From positions 330,460,001 through 330,524,000 of the forward strand of contig OZ024742.1 in assembly GCA_964016885.1 (NCBI GenBank): a stretch of DNA of 64,000 nucleotides, read 5' to 3'. Under the pieces are notes generated by a model. The model saw nothing but the letters and a program-made list of their open reading frames with translations, searched no databases and was not told the origin of the DNA. How positions within the stretch are numbered: the stretch's first letter is position 1; the number at the start of each line of letters is the position of its first letter. Source of the stretch: Eledone cirrhosa (lineage: Eukaryota). A program made the position numbers and the translations under genes. Below, piece after piece: positions 29,790 to 42,754 of this stretch.

Positions 29790-32700
29790 GTGACCCGGGC
29801 TCAGCAGCAGGAACCTGACTGTCAACCAAATACTGCTGATGTTGGAGGAAGGAGAAGAAGGAAAGGGGCCAGAACCAACTGGACGAAAGAATTGAATAGA
29901 ACTGTTATGCAATGTTACCTGAAAAGTAAACCCAAGGAGAGGGGCTACAGGAGACGGATGCACAACATCTGGAACGAGATTGGTTTATTTAAATTAGATG
30001 TACAAAAATTGGCCGGGCAGGCTCGGGTAATAAGAACTAATGGGTGGATAAGCGAGCTGGAACTGGAGGAACTGAGCAGGGAGAATGGCTTGGAGATGGC
30101 GGGTGTAGTATGCCAGACAAGCGAGCCAGTGGGAAATGAAGGTGAAGAGGTCCTGAGAACGGAGGAACCACCCGAAGCAGACAATGATCTGAGTACTGAG
30201 ATAAATAATACCTGGAACAGAGATACGGCCACTGAGGAGATGAATGCTGACGGGCTAGGACAAGATTCGGTTGACATCCTAAATTTAGTGGTAGATGAAT
30301 TGAACAATGATAGTGGGAGACCTATGAACCTAAGATTTGTAGACAGGAAAAAGTTAAAAGAAACAACAGCTAAGTTAAACAAAGTCATCCCATACCTTGA
30401 GGCGAGGAGCCTTCACCAGTGCAACAATATCCTCAAAGCAACAGCAAATACGGTGAGGAAACTACTTGGTATAAAAGCGAGAGGAAACAACATACAAGAA
30501 AGAGCAGAGCCGTGGTGGAAGAAGCGACTGAGTGGGCAAATCGGGGAAATGAGAAATGACATAGGAAAGCTTGAGTCACTACTGAATGGGACACTAAAAA
30601 ACATAGGCACTAAAAATAGACTGGAAATAAAATACAAAACTAGGAGGAAAAAGCTAAATATTATCATAGAGGAACTGAAGCAACGCATTGTAGCAAAGAG
30701 TGCAAAAATCAGGCGATACGAGAACAGAGTCAGTCAGTATAAACAGAACCGCATGTTCGACAACAACCAGAAGATGCTGTTTGGACAGCTTGAGGGGAAA
30801 GAAAGAGGCAACGACTTGATCCCTGGGGCGGAGCAAACTAAAACATTCTGGAGAGGAATATGGGAGCAGGATGTTAGACATAATGTCCAGGCAGGGTGGA
30901 TTGAGACAGTACAGAGGGAGATCGGTGAGCAGGCACAACAACAAACTGATTTGAGTATCACAGTTGAAACTCTTAAGGGGCAGGCCAAAAAACTAACCAA
31001 CTGGAAATCACCAGGCCCAGATGGTGTGCAGGGGTATTGGATTAAACATTTAACATCCCTCCACCCGAAGCTGACGGCCATGTTCAATGACTGCTTGGTG
31101 TCGGGTGAGGTGCCAGAGTGGTTGACAAAAGGTACCACAGTTCTGATAATAAAAGACCGAATCAAGGGTAATGATGTTACCAACTATAGACCTATCACAT
31201 GTCTGTCCGTAATGTGGAAACTGTTGACGAGCATTGTGTCTGAGGAAATCTACCATCACCTCCACACAAACAACTTGTTACCGGACGAACAGAAAGGATG
31301 CCGAAAGAAGTCACGTGGTACAAAGGACCAGTTACTTATTGATAAGATGGTAATGGGGAATTGCAGGAGGAGACACACTGATCTTGCCATGGGATGGATA
31401 GACTACAGAAGGGCATTTGACATGGTGCCTCATTCTTGGATCACCAAAAGCCTGGAGATCTTCAGGGTGGCAGACAACATCAGACAGTTGCTGGGCAGGA
31501 GTATGGGGTCCTGGGAGACAGAGTTGACATCAACTGGAGTATCCTTGGGAAGCGTGAAGATCAAGAGAGGTATCTTCCAGGGAGATAGCCTGTCCCCTCT
31601 GTTGTTTGTCCTTGCCCTGATGCCCTTGACCATTATGCTGCGAAAAGTGAGAGCAGGATACAAGTTGGGAAGGGGAGAGCTTACCATCAATCACCTCCTC
31701 TTCATGGACGATCTTAAGCTCTTCGGGAAAAGTGAGAAGGAGTTGGATGTGCTTGTTGACACTGTCCGTATTTTCAGCAGTGATATATGTATGCAGTTTG
31801 GTATTGGTAAATGTGGAGTCATTGTGATGAAGAGGGGTAGGTTGAGCAGAAGTAACGGGATCCAGATACCAACAGGTGAAATGATAAAGGAAATTGACTC
31901 TGAGGAAGGATACAAGTATTTGGGCGTTCTGGAGTCTGATGGCATAAAGAACAAAAAAATGAAGGAATTGTTAAGAACTGAATACATTCGGAGAGTAAGG
32001 AGCGTATTGAAGTCACATCTGAACAGCAGAAATGCCATAAGCGCAGTAAATTCCCGAGCTGTGTCTATTATTAGGTACAGTGCGGGAATTCTGAGATGGA
32101 ATGTTGCTGAACAAAAAGAAATGGATAGGAATACTAGGAAGCTATTGACTATCTACAACATGTTCCACAAGAGGAGTGATGTCGATAGACTCTACCTAAG
32201 GAGATCTGAGGGTGGAAGAGGTCTTATCAGCATAGAGGACTGTGTTCAGATGGAGAAAAACAACCTATACAAATACGTGACCTATAGTAAGGAGCCAATG
32301 CTCAGAACTGTACTGAAGGAGGGGACAGTAGGCCAGGGGATGTCCAAGGAGGAAATAACATCAAGGAGGAAGAGCAGCCTTAAGGGAAAATCCCTTCATA
32401 GTACCTTCTTTGAGAAAACTGAATTTAGAGATCCACAGACATGGAACTGGTTGAGAAGAGGAGACCTCAAAAAGGCTACAGAAGGAATGCTAATGGCTGC
32501 GCAGGAGCAGGCCCTCAAAACGAAGTGGTTGAAGCACCATATTTACAAGGAGGAGGCTAGCCCACTGTGCAGGATCTGTGGAGAGAGAGAGGAGACTGTG
32601 GCTCACATTGTGTCCGAGTGTTAACACCTAGCCCACACCCGCTATAAGGGCTGGAGACACGATGTGATGGGCAGGGTGATCCACTGGCACCTGTGCAAAG

Positions 32701-33140
32701 TAAACAATTTACCACATTCTGAGAAATGGTATGAGCATAGGCCAGAGGCGGTGATGGAGAACAATCAGGTGAAGGTGCTGTGGGATTTTAGGATACAGAC
32801 GGACAAAAAACTGGAACACAATAGACCAGACCTGGTGGTTGTGGACAAAGAAAAAAGATCGTGTCTGATTGTGGATGTGGCCTGCCCGTTCGACACGAGA
32901 GTGCAAGAGAAAGAGAGGGAGAAAATTAACCGATACCAGGACCTAAAGTGGGAGGTGAAAAGGATTTGGAACTGCCATGAAGTCAAAGTGATCCCGATTG
33001 TCATAGGCGCACTGGGGACTATCTCCAAAAGTTTCCAGGGATGGTTAAAGAAAATCGGCCCCTTCACGCTTTTTGGAACGCTTCCAAAGGCATGCTTGCT
33101 TGGAACAGCAAGAACCCTCCGATACGTCCTGAGTATCTGA
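29790..33140 (+). pseudogene. R4/Dong-like non-LTR retrotransposon ORF (RT, CCHC finger, PD-(D/E)xK restriction-like endonuclease) with one in-frame stop
   Basis: WKSPGPDG, NYRPITCL, EQKGC, DYRRAFDMVPH, GIFQGDSLSPLLF, HLLFMDDLK, YKYLG, CRIC..ETVAHIVSEC, RPDLVVVD...DVACP..EK..RY. TAA at 32622-32624 where the other copies have AAA. 3' UTR and (AAC/AAT)n tail run to 33289. Confidence 0.93.
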
Positions 33141-33229
33141 GGCTGCAGGTAGTGGCTTGATATTCAATCCAACGGACTTTCCAGTTAACCAACATCAATG
33201 ACTGAGATTCAAGGAATAACAACAACAAC

Positions 33230-33289
<60 letters not shown>

Positions 33290-33290
<1 letters not shown>

Positions 33291-34581
33291 TGGTTGAAGC
33301 ACCACATCTACAAGGAGGAGGCCAGCCCAATGTGCAAAGGAGCGTATTGAAGTCACATCTGGACAGCAGAAATGCCATAAGCGCAGTAAATTCCCGAGCT
33401 GTGTCTATTATTAGGTACAGTGCGGGAATTCTGAGATGGAATGTTGCTGAACAAAAAGAAATGGATAGGAAGACTAGGAAGCTATTGACTATCTACAACA
33501 TGTTCCACAAGAGGAGTGATGTCGATAGACTCTACCTAAGGAGATCTGAGGGTGGAAGAGGTCTTATCAGCATAGAGGCCTGTGTTCAGATGGAGAAAAA
33601 CAACCTATACAAATACGTGACCTATAGTAAGGAGCCAATGCTCAGAACTGTACTGAAGGAGGGGACAGTAGGCCAGGGGATGTCCAAGGAGGAAATAACA
33701 TCAAGGAGGAAGAGCAGCCTTAAGGGAAAATCCCTTCATAGTACCTTCTTTGAGAAAACTGAATTTAGAGATCCACAGACATGGAATTGGTTGAGAAGAG
33801 GAGACCTCAAAAAGGCTACAGAAGGAATGCTAATGGCTGCGCAGGAGCAGGCCCTCAAAACGAAGTGGTTGAAGCACCATATCTACAAGGAGGAGGCTAG
33901 CCCACTGTGCAGGATCTGTGGAGAGAGAGAGGAGACTGTGGCTCACATTGTGTCCGAGTGTAAACACCTAGCCCAGACCCACTATAAGGGCTGGAGACAC
34001 GATGTGATGGGCAGGGTGATCCACTGGCACCTGTGCAAAGTAAACAATCTACCACATTCTGAGAAATGGTATGAGCATAGGCCAGAGGCGGTGATGGAGA
34101 ACAGTCAGGTGAAGGTGCTGTGGGATTTTAGGATACAGACGGACAAAAAACTGGAACACAATAGACCTGACCTGGTGGTTATGGACAAAGAAAAAAGATC
34201 GTGCCTGATTGTGGATGTGGCCTGCCCGTTCGACACGAGAGTGCAAGAGAAGGAGAGGGAGAAAATTAACCGATACCAGGACCTAAAGTGGGAGGTGAAA
34301 AGGATTTGGAACTGCCATGAAGTCAAAGTGATCCCGATTGTCATAGGCGCACTGGGGACTATCTCCAAAGGTTTCCAGGGATGGTTAAAGAAAATCGGCG
34401 CCTTCACGCTTTTTGGAACGCTTCAAAAGGCATGCTTGCTTGGAACAGCAAGAACCCTCCGATACGTCCTGAATATCTGAGGCTGCAGGTAGTGGCTTGA
34501 TATTCAATCCAACGGACTTTCCAGTTAACCAACATCAATGACTGAGATTCAAGGAATAACAATAACAATAATAATAATAAT
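33290..34581 (+). mobile_element. Second, 5'-truncated tandem copy of the R4/Dong-like element
   Basis: 33337 onward matches 31997-33220 almost exactly, with an intact RLE frame and its own (AAT)n tail. Confidence 0.95.
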
Positions 34582-35289
34582 AACAAAGTGGTTGAAGCAC
34601 CATATCTACAAGGAGGAGGCCAGCCCAATGTGCAGGATCTGTGGAGAGAGAGAGGAGACTGTGGCTCACATTGTGTCCGAGTGTAAACACCTAGCTCAGG
34701 CCCACTATAAGGGCTGGAGACACGATGTGATGGGCAGGGTGATCCACTGGCACCTGTGCAAAGTAAACAATCTACCACATTCTGAGAAATGGTATGAGCA
34801 TAGGCCAGAGGCGGTGATGGAGAACAATCAGGTGAAGGTGCTGTGGGATTTTAGGATACAGACGGACAAAAAACTGGAACACAATAGACCTGGCCTGGTG
34901 GTTGTGGACAAAGAAAAAAGATCGTGCCTGATTGTGGATGTGGCCTGCCCGTTCGACACGAGAGTGCAAGAGAAGGAGAGGGAGAAAATTAACCGATACC
35001 AGGACCTAAAGTGGGAGGTGAAAAGGATTTGGAACTGCCATGAAGTCAAAGTGATCCCGATTGTCATAGGCGCACTGGGGACTATCTCCAAAAGTTTCCA
35101 GGGATGGTTAAAGAAAATCGGCCCCTTCACGCTTTTTGGAACGCTTCCAAAGGCATGCTTGCTTGGAACAGCAAGAACCCTCCGATACGTCCTGAGTATC
35201 TGAGGCTGCAGGTAGTGGCTCGATATTCAATCCAACGGACTTTCCAGTTAACCAACATCAATGACTGAGATTCAAGGAATAACAATAAC

Positions 35290-35332
<43 letters not shown>
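34582..35332 (+). mobile_element. Third, 5'-truncated tandem copy of the R4/Dong-like element
   Basis: Matches 32520-33220. The catalytic PD is changed to PG (RPGLVV). (AAT)n tail. Confidence 0.95.
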
Positions 35333-35333
<1 letters not shown>

Positions 35334-35339
35334 GAAAAA

Positions 35340-35500
35340 GAAGATAGTAGTAATAGTGGTAGTATTGATTGTGTCGGTGTTATTAGTTGTAAGTGTTGTT
35401 TATGATATATTTATTAGCGGAAGTTGTGGTAGGTTGAGTTGGAAGGAACTAGAAATAGTAGTATAGCTGCAGCAGCAGTAGCATCATCATCATCATCATC

Positions 35501-35546
<46 letters not shown>

Positions 35547-36200
35547 TTAGTAGTAGTAGTAGTAGTAGTAGTTCTTTGAATTGACAATGAAGATGAAAGT
35601 AAAAAGATCATAAAATTACTGTCGTACAACATTGATGGGAAAATGTGAGTAGATAGAACGAGTATGAAAACTAGGTAAACATTGCCTTTATTATCACATT
35701 TGATATAGCCGGCGCTGCTACCGTTACTGTTTCTGCTGTTAATGCCGCTAGTCTTAATCATTTGAGGGTGGTGTTCGTGGTAGTGTTGTTCGGCATGATG
35801 ATGTAGTCCATACTGATATTTTTGGTGGTGGTGGCGTAAAGGTGATTCTGATTTATGGGTGGTTATTGATGATAACTAGAATGATGATGATGATGATGAT
35901 GATGAGAATGTTGCTGATGATGGTGGTGGAGGTAATGAAGTTCCTGAGGATATAAGTGATGTTAGTAATGACGTTAATGTAGATAGTGATTGGGATACTG
36001 GTAGCAATACTAATGATGGTTGTGAAGGTAATGATGGTGGTGATTGTAATATTGTTAATAGCTATATATTCGTTATTATTTTGGTATTGACGATGGCGAT
36101 TCGTGGGGTCACGATAAAATGTTTATAGCCGTGTTGATGATGAAACTGGTTTCGATGGTGGTGGTGATGTCATTGCCGATGGAGGAAGTGTTGATGACGA
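35340..36200. repeat. Low-complexity trinucleotide region (TAG/GAT/GGT)n
   Basis: Runs of agt, cat, gat and ggt. Confidence 0.85.
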
Positions 36201-36529
36201 CGTCGACAAACACGATTGTGAGGAAACGAGCAGAAACAGAAATCTGCGAAGTGATCTGTGTGCTTTAAAATGTTGTAAAATAAAATAACTGTAAACCAAA
36301 TGCGAATCTGGCATAATTTATTCAACTTCATTTTTATTTTGTCTTCTGATTTTCTCTGTAGTTTTCTTGTAGACGTCACTAAAAATAACTTTCCAAGACA
36401 GTTCGTGTGAATAAAGCTACGTTCAGTCTAAAAATATCTGCGAATTGTTCTTTCGCAAATATAGATAGAAATTCTATATATCGACATATACAATATGACA
36501 TAATATTATAAGTATATATACGTATATAT

Positions 36530-36656
<127 letters not shown>

Positions 36657-39115
36657 CGTGTATGTATGTATATATGTATTTATATGTATGTGTGTGTGTG
36701 GGGGGGGGGGGGTATGTGTGTGTGTATACAGAAATATGTATGTCTGAATGTATATACATGTATGTGTGTTTGTCTGTTTGCATGTATTCATTTTTTAGAG
36801 AACATATGTAAAATACCATATCCATGTATGTATGAGAATCAATACATCAATACGACTAAGTCAGCAGTTATATGTGTCAGTATTACAACAGTCAACCAGG
36901 TCATATATTGCAGTTTACATACACTTTTCAATATATACATGACTCGCCATTTATAAACATCTATTCTAAGTGTAATCTTATATATTTTCCTTTGGGAAAG
37001 TGATGACCTGACGAGACGTTGATTTCATCATTGGTTTCTAATAGCTGCTTTACTGAAACGAGTGGACACATCTATTCAAACCTAATAATATCTGCCGACT
37101 GTAACTCCCAGGAGAGGATGCAATGTCGGAACACGCAACTCACTGTGCTATACATTTCATAATTGCGCCTATTCCCCGTCTGCGACGCTTTCTCGATTTG
37201 TAGTTTATTTATCAACCCTTCACAGCTGAAAAGTAAAGTTGTCATCGAATGGATTTAATCTCCGATATTTGTGTGATTTGAATTGGAAGAACGACCAATG
37301 CATTTCTCCTATATAAATTGAAGGAAAACCTAATTTAATGCAAGTTCTTGAAAAACAAAACGCAACGTATTCGGTGATTGAATTAATTTCGATTTCATAA
37401 CTCTATTAAATATCCTTGGTATACTCACGCTCACGGACTGATATAATATTGGTGGTATTAATACAAGAAAACTGTGCAGAGTAGTGGAGATATAGCCTAG
37501 AAACGGAAGGCATGTATGCCAGAAGAGGACATATTGGTGTTAAAGAGGAGAAGATGCAGATAATACGTGGCCATCAACGTGTAAACACAAACGGCACTAA
37601 CAATCGACGTATATGGAAGAGACGACACTATAGCTTTGGTACACAGCTCATGTCGATGAGCGAGAAACCTATGAGAGCTCGATTTTGGGGTGTATTTCTG
37701 CGCGACATAATGCAGATTTGTAGGGTATAACTGCTTGGTACGTTTTGAGGGTGACCATGTATGTAGCAGTGGTGTCATTATAGATGTTGTTATAGCACCG
37801 CAATTTGAGCATCATCTGGGTTTTACTGAGTCTCAGTAGATTGTGGGCTTTAAAGCAGTGTCTGACCTCGAGGACTCAGATCAGTCAATGAGATGCAATT
37901 GTTGTTATGATGATGATATGAATTCACCAGTAGAGATTCAAAGTAATAATTATGACTAGTATTTGAAACTATTGTGATATCTCGTTGAGTTTTGTTAATG
38001 TTTGAAAGTGTGAGCTGTGATTGTATTTATGTTATGTGTCCCTTCATTCTGCTCTTATGCTAGGTGTGAACCAGGATTAGCGTAACCCAATTCAATTATT
38101 ATTTGTGGTATATGTTCAATGCAGATTGTGTGTGAAATATTTATGATGCCTATGGATAAAAATTGCATTCGTAAGAATTGAAAGGATTAAAAGGTGTATT
38201 ATTTACAAAGTATTGGCGTTGATGTGAAGTAGGTCATGCCTATAAGTAAGATGCGAAAATAATGGCCTTTGATGCATTCACTCAGATCTGAGAGGAGGCA
38301 TCTAATCTAACAGTCAGGATGCACTTAAACATAATTTTGAGATGTTTGTTTTCAAGGCACGTTCGAATATGTTGCTGGAATCAAGAGCCAGATGAGTGCT
38401 ATTTGCAATTATTTCGATATGACTTCTCACAGCTCCCTCCTGATTGCCTTGTGTGAGTAGGTGTTCAGTGGATTAGTATTTATAGAAAGTGTATTAGTTG
38501 CTATTAATATGTAAGACTGATTTAATGTTTTCTTACAGAAATGTGTCATTAATTGCTTTCGACGAATTAAAATTAAACATTAAGTGCAGGTATTCTCATA
38601 GAATACGACAAATTATGGAAAATGCATATTCTGCATATTTAACCCATATATTAACTGTAAAACTAGAAATGTAGTTTAAGATGCACGAGAGAACACTTAA
38701 AGAATAGGAACACAACATATATAGATGAGACGGCTCGGCGCATAGTGAAACAAATTTAAAATTCCCTAGAGAGAACTCCAAAACCAGGACAACACATCAG
38801 TACTGCACCAGTATGTCAGAATGGAACATGGGGGCTGATAAGAGCATATCAAATCTAAATACCGAACAGACACAAGACTCCGACAAATTACAGAAGCCAC
38901 GAATATAAATGAAATCTGAACAAAATTAAATAGAAAACATGAATAAAACAATAGCAGCTCCATAATAAAATGACTTAGGACAATATAATAGCACTATAGC
39001 ACTATAAAAATACATAGGGATACATCTAACACAGACACACATACGAAACTCGATATATAATAGAGAGAAAACAAAAATCAGGGTAACAATTAAATAATGA
39101 AACATAGGAAATATA

Positions 39116-39166
<51 letters not shown>

Positions 39167-39227
39167 ATGACCGGAGTCATTCTATTGAAATGGCTTTAGA
39201 GGTTGTTTGCATAATTGCAAAGGAATA

Positions 39228-39325
39228 GAATAGACTTTGCCTTTCATCCTTACGGTGTCGATAAAATAAAGTACCAGTAATGCACTGGTCAATTGCTGGC
39301 CTTGTGCCTAATGTAGAAACAATTA
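39228..39325 (+). mobile_element. SINE 3' half
   Basis: gactttgcctttcatccttacgg...gataaaataaagtaccagtaatgcactgg...gtagaaacaattat, as in 47458-47550. Confidence 0.8.
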
Positions 39326-39401
39326 TTAATATTCGAAAACCTGAGATTTACATTACTATGTTTATATATATATATACATGTGTGTGTGTGTGTGTGTGTG
39401 T

Positions 39402-40175
39402 ATAAATATTTCGTATCTCCAAAGAAATACCGATTTAGGAAACCGTAGCTATGCAAACACCGTGGGGCTGACGCCCTCTGGTCATGTCCAGCAGAAGCAA
39501 GGGGGACAACCGTCTACGCATTTCAGGCTTAACTGGCCTTTGTCAGGACGGTCCCTCCCACCGCTTGCGACTGCTGGACTAGCAGACAGGTGATACTATA
39601 TACTTTTCTCGTCTGTGTAAATGAGGTGATTAATCTCATTTGTATATGACGCTGCATAAGTTGGCTCAACAATAGGATTTCGCTTCAAATGAAATGCATA
39701 CACGGTTGTCCCCCTTGCTTCTGCTGGACATCACCAGAGGGCGTTAGCGCCCCATGTTTGCATAGCTACGGCTTCCTAAAACTGTATTTCTTTGGAGATA
39801 CGAAATATATATACATATTGTATAAAGCTATGGTTGGAGCGAAATCCTATTTCTTTTTTATTATCAGTTGAACCAACTTATGCAGCTTCATATACAAATG
39901 AGATTAATCACCTCATTTACATAGACGAGAAAAGTATATATTCTCACCTGTCTTCTAGTCCAGCAGTCGCAAGCGGTGGGAGGGACCGTCCTGACGAAGG
40001 CCAGTTAAGCCTGAAATGCATAGACGGTTGTCCGCCTTGATTCTGCTGGACATCACCAGAGTGCATTAGCACCCCGGTGTTTGCATAGCTACGGCTTCCT
40101 AAAACATATTTCTTTGGAGATACGAAATATTTATCCATATTGTATAAAGCTATGATTGAAGCGAAATCCTATTTC

Positions 40176-40180
<5 letters not shown>
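39402..40180 (+). mobile_element. Hammerhead element in (TA)n: inverted arm plus about 1.5 tandem units of a roughly 322-bp monomer
   Basis: 39402-39668 is inverted relative to about 39870-40134. tgaaatgcata recurs at 39690 and 40012. Confidence 0.88.
39985..40028 (+). ncRNA. Minimal type I hammerhead ribozyme with fully canonical core
   Basis: accgtc CTGACGA AGGC cagttaa GCCT GAAA TGCA TA gacggt. Stem I 6 bp, stem II 4 bp, palindromic stem III ATGCAT. The inverted copy 39509-39552 has G8>A. Confidence 0.88.
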
Positions 40181-40223
<43 letters not shown>

Positions 40224-41004
40224 GCCGATTATGTATTGTTGCATAATATATGCAGACGGAGGGTGCAGTTGACCTTACTGATGCATTAAGTGTAGCCGAA
40301 ACTCGAGTCCGGCAACTATTATAGGCACCCGTTTTACGTGTGTTGTATTGAAGCGCATAACTATGTGTATACTCTGGGAATGTAACTTACATTGCCTATT
40401 GAGTACACTGAGATTCAACCAGTCCTAGTATTGATATGCTGGGTCTGTCAACTCCTTATATATATATATATATATATATATACATACATATACATGCGAA
40501 TTTGTGCCAGGAAGTGATAGAGAGCGACAGGAGAGGAAAATACTTTTAATATCATAAAAACAAATTAAACATGTGAGTTTATATTAAACTTGCGCCAGTT
40601 TACTCTGCTTTCTTATGTTGACAAAGCTTTGAAGATACGTCTTTTGGAAAATAGCCTTGAAAAAATATATGATAGTTTGTATATTATCGTTAGATTATCA
40701 ACCTTTAATAAAGAACTAATACAGAAAAGCATTTTGTGTATTAATGAATCACACATACCCAAACACTATTTCAATTATATTTCATTCAATGATGCAACTA
40801 AGCTTAGTTAAATATAGCACGTTAACTATAATGAGATAATTCACTATGAATTAATCAATAAATCTTCTGATAATAAAAATGTTTCCTACATACATGATTT
40901 CGACAAACACCTCTGTTCGGTAGTGTCTTTAGTTGTGTCAATATATTTTAAACGCTGCTCCCCATCACTATAAATATAGAACTATGTGGCTTATACTGGT
41001 AAGT

Positions 41005-41340
41005 AAATGCAGTGTGGCCAAATGGTGAAGGAGCTCGGTTGGGAATCATTAGTTTCAGGCGTCCATCTCCCTGCGTAGAATCTTTGACAATCATCATTTC
41101 CCAACATCTCGGGTCCACTCACGCCATGAGAGTGAAATTGGGTAAAATGGAAATTATTTGGTACTCTCTAATTAAAGAAAAACACACTTGTCTTACACCA
41201 TCTCATGCTGAATTTTCGGGAGGATTAAATTAAATATATAGGTGTATGTCGAATGTTACGTCTTTTACACGTGAATCCCGCGAGCTGATTGTTCCGATTG
41301 GTCGGACAAATTAAAAACCGATCGTGGTTTATTCCAACTT
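41005..41340 (+). mobile_element. Degenerate tRNA-derived SINE
   Basis: A-box-like gtggccaaatggtgaagg start followed by an aged SINE-like body. Confidence 0.4.
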
Positions 41341-42754
41341 TTCCGAGAGAAAAAAAGACTAGTAAACCTCTGGTTTACTACTCATATTGAAAAACTTGCG
41401 TTTCAAATGCATGATTCTATTAAGAAATACATACTTTAGAGCATGACGTACATGACACACTTAATGCTGGTGGATAAAAGAAGTGTAAAGATTATAAAAT
41501 ATTCATTTAGAAAGTTATGTTAAGAATTTTGGAAAAGAGATAAAATAACATGGATTTATGTCGGAGGAGTAAAGGACATCTTCACACACTCGGAAGAGAA
41601 AATGTTCAAACAATTTTAGAACTAAATTTGCTATACAGTGATATAATCTAATGAAGAATACTGCAATAAATTTAGGAACAAGAAAACACAGCATCTTAAG
41701 AGAAGTTTATCTCCAAGATAAAACAGATATAATTAAAATGATCGATATATGGACATCTCAGTAAATATTTCAAGCAGTGCAATACAATGTGGTTGCAGAA
41801 AAACTACTTGCCCAATCGTTCACAGATACTTGCCAACTAAAATGTCTCCTCTATTCTAAATCATCATCAACATCATCATCATCATCATCACCACCATCAT
41901 TATCATTGACTATTGAATTTAATAAATGTGTTTAGTTCACAGAAATATAGATCCACCAAACGACATGGTTTTAGAACAAATTTATGCAGCTTACCGCACA
42001 CAAAAACGTTTCCCGACCAGCGAGGCTCTTACTTAGAGAAAATCTGTAGCTGAAATACGTTTGAGTGAGCACAAAATAAGGGATGCAAAGAAAATGGTAC
42101 GAAGGATGGGTGACAGGGTGAGCCTCAAAACTTGATCCGAAGTGACAGAAAACCCATGATTTTTTACGAGGATATATCGTAAAATTGGAGCGCGTTACCA
42201 TATCTCGAATATAATAGGTTTGGGAATGCGTGTTGCTATGTAAAACGCATATCGCCCGAGGCGATACATTTGGATCAGTAGTTGTCGTATTTGCTTGTAT
42301 CCAGAAGGAAAAATAAAACTTTCCTTGCACAACTTTTAATTGTTTAATATGTTTTCCTGAGGTCCTGTTCCAGCCAAAGTCTAATAAACATTGTAGTGAC
42401 CCAGATACCTCATGCAATATTAATTCCTTTTGTCCTAGAAGCTCTTAACGTTGATGTAGTGTACAAATGAAGAACATTCAAATCTTACGGAATCAAAAGA
42501 GAATTCGTCGTTTCATTAAATTGTCACTTGATGCATTTATTCAAGCATTTCTATATAACACATTTTAAAACTCCTTATGTGCTTGTGTACACATTTATAC
42601 CCAACCTGTCTAGATGCATACAGTCACACACATATATATATATTTATATATATATATATTTATATATATATATATTTATATATATATATATATGTATATG
42701 TATATATATATTTATTTATATATATATATATAATTGTACTTTAAGTTTAAGTTT

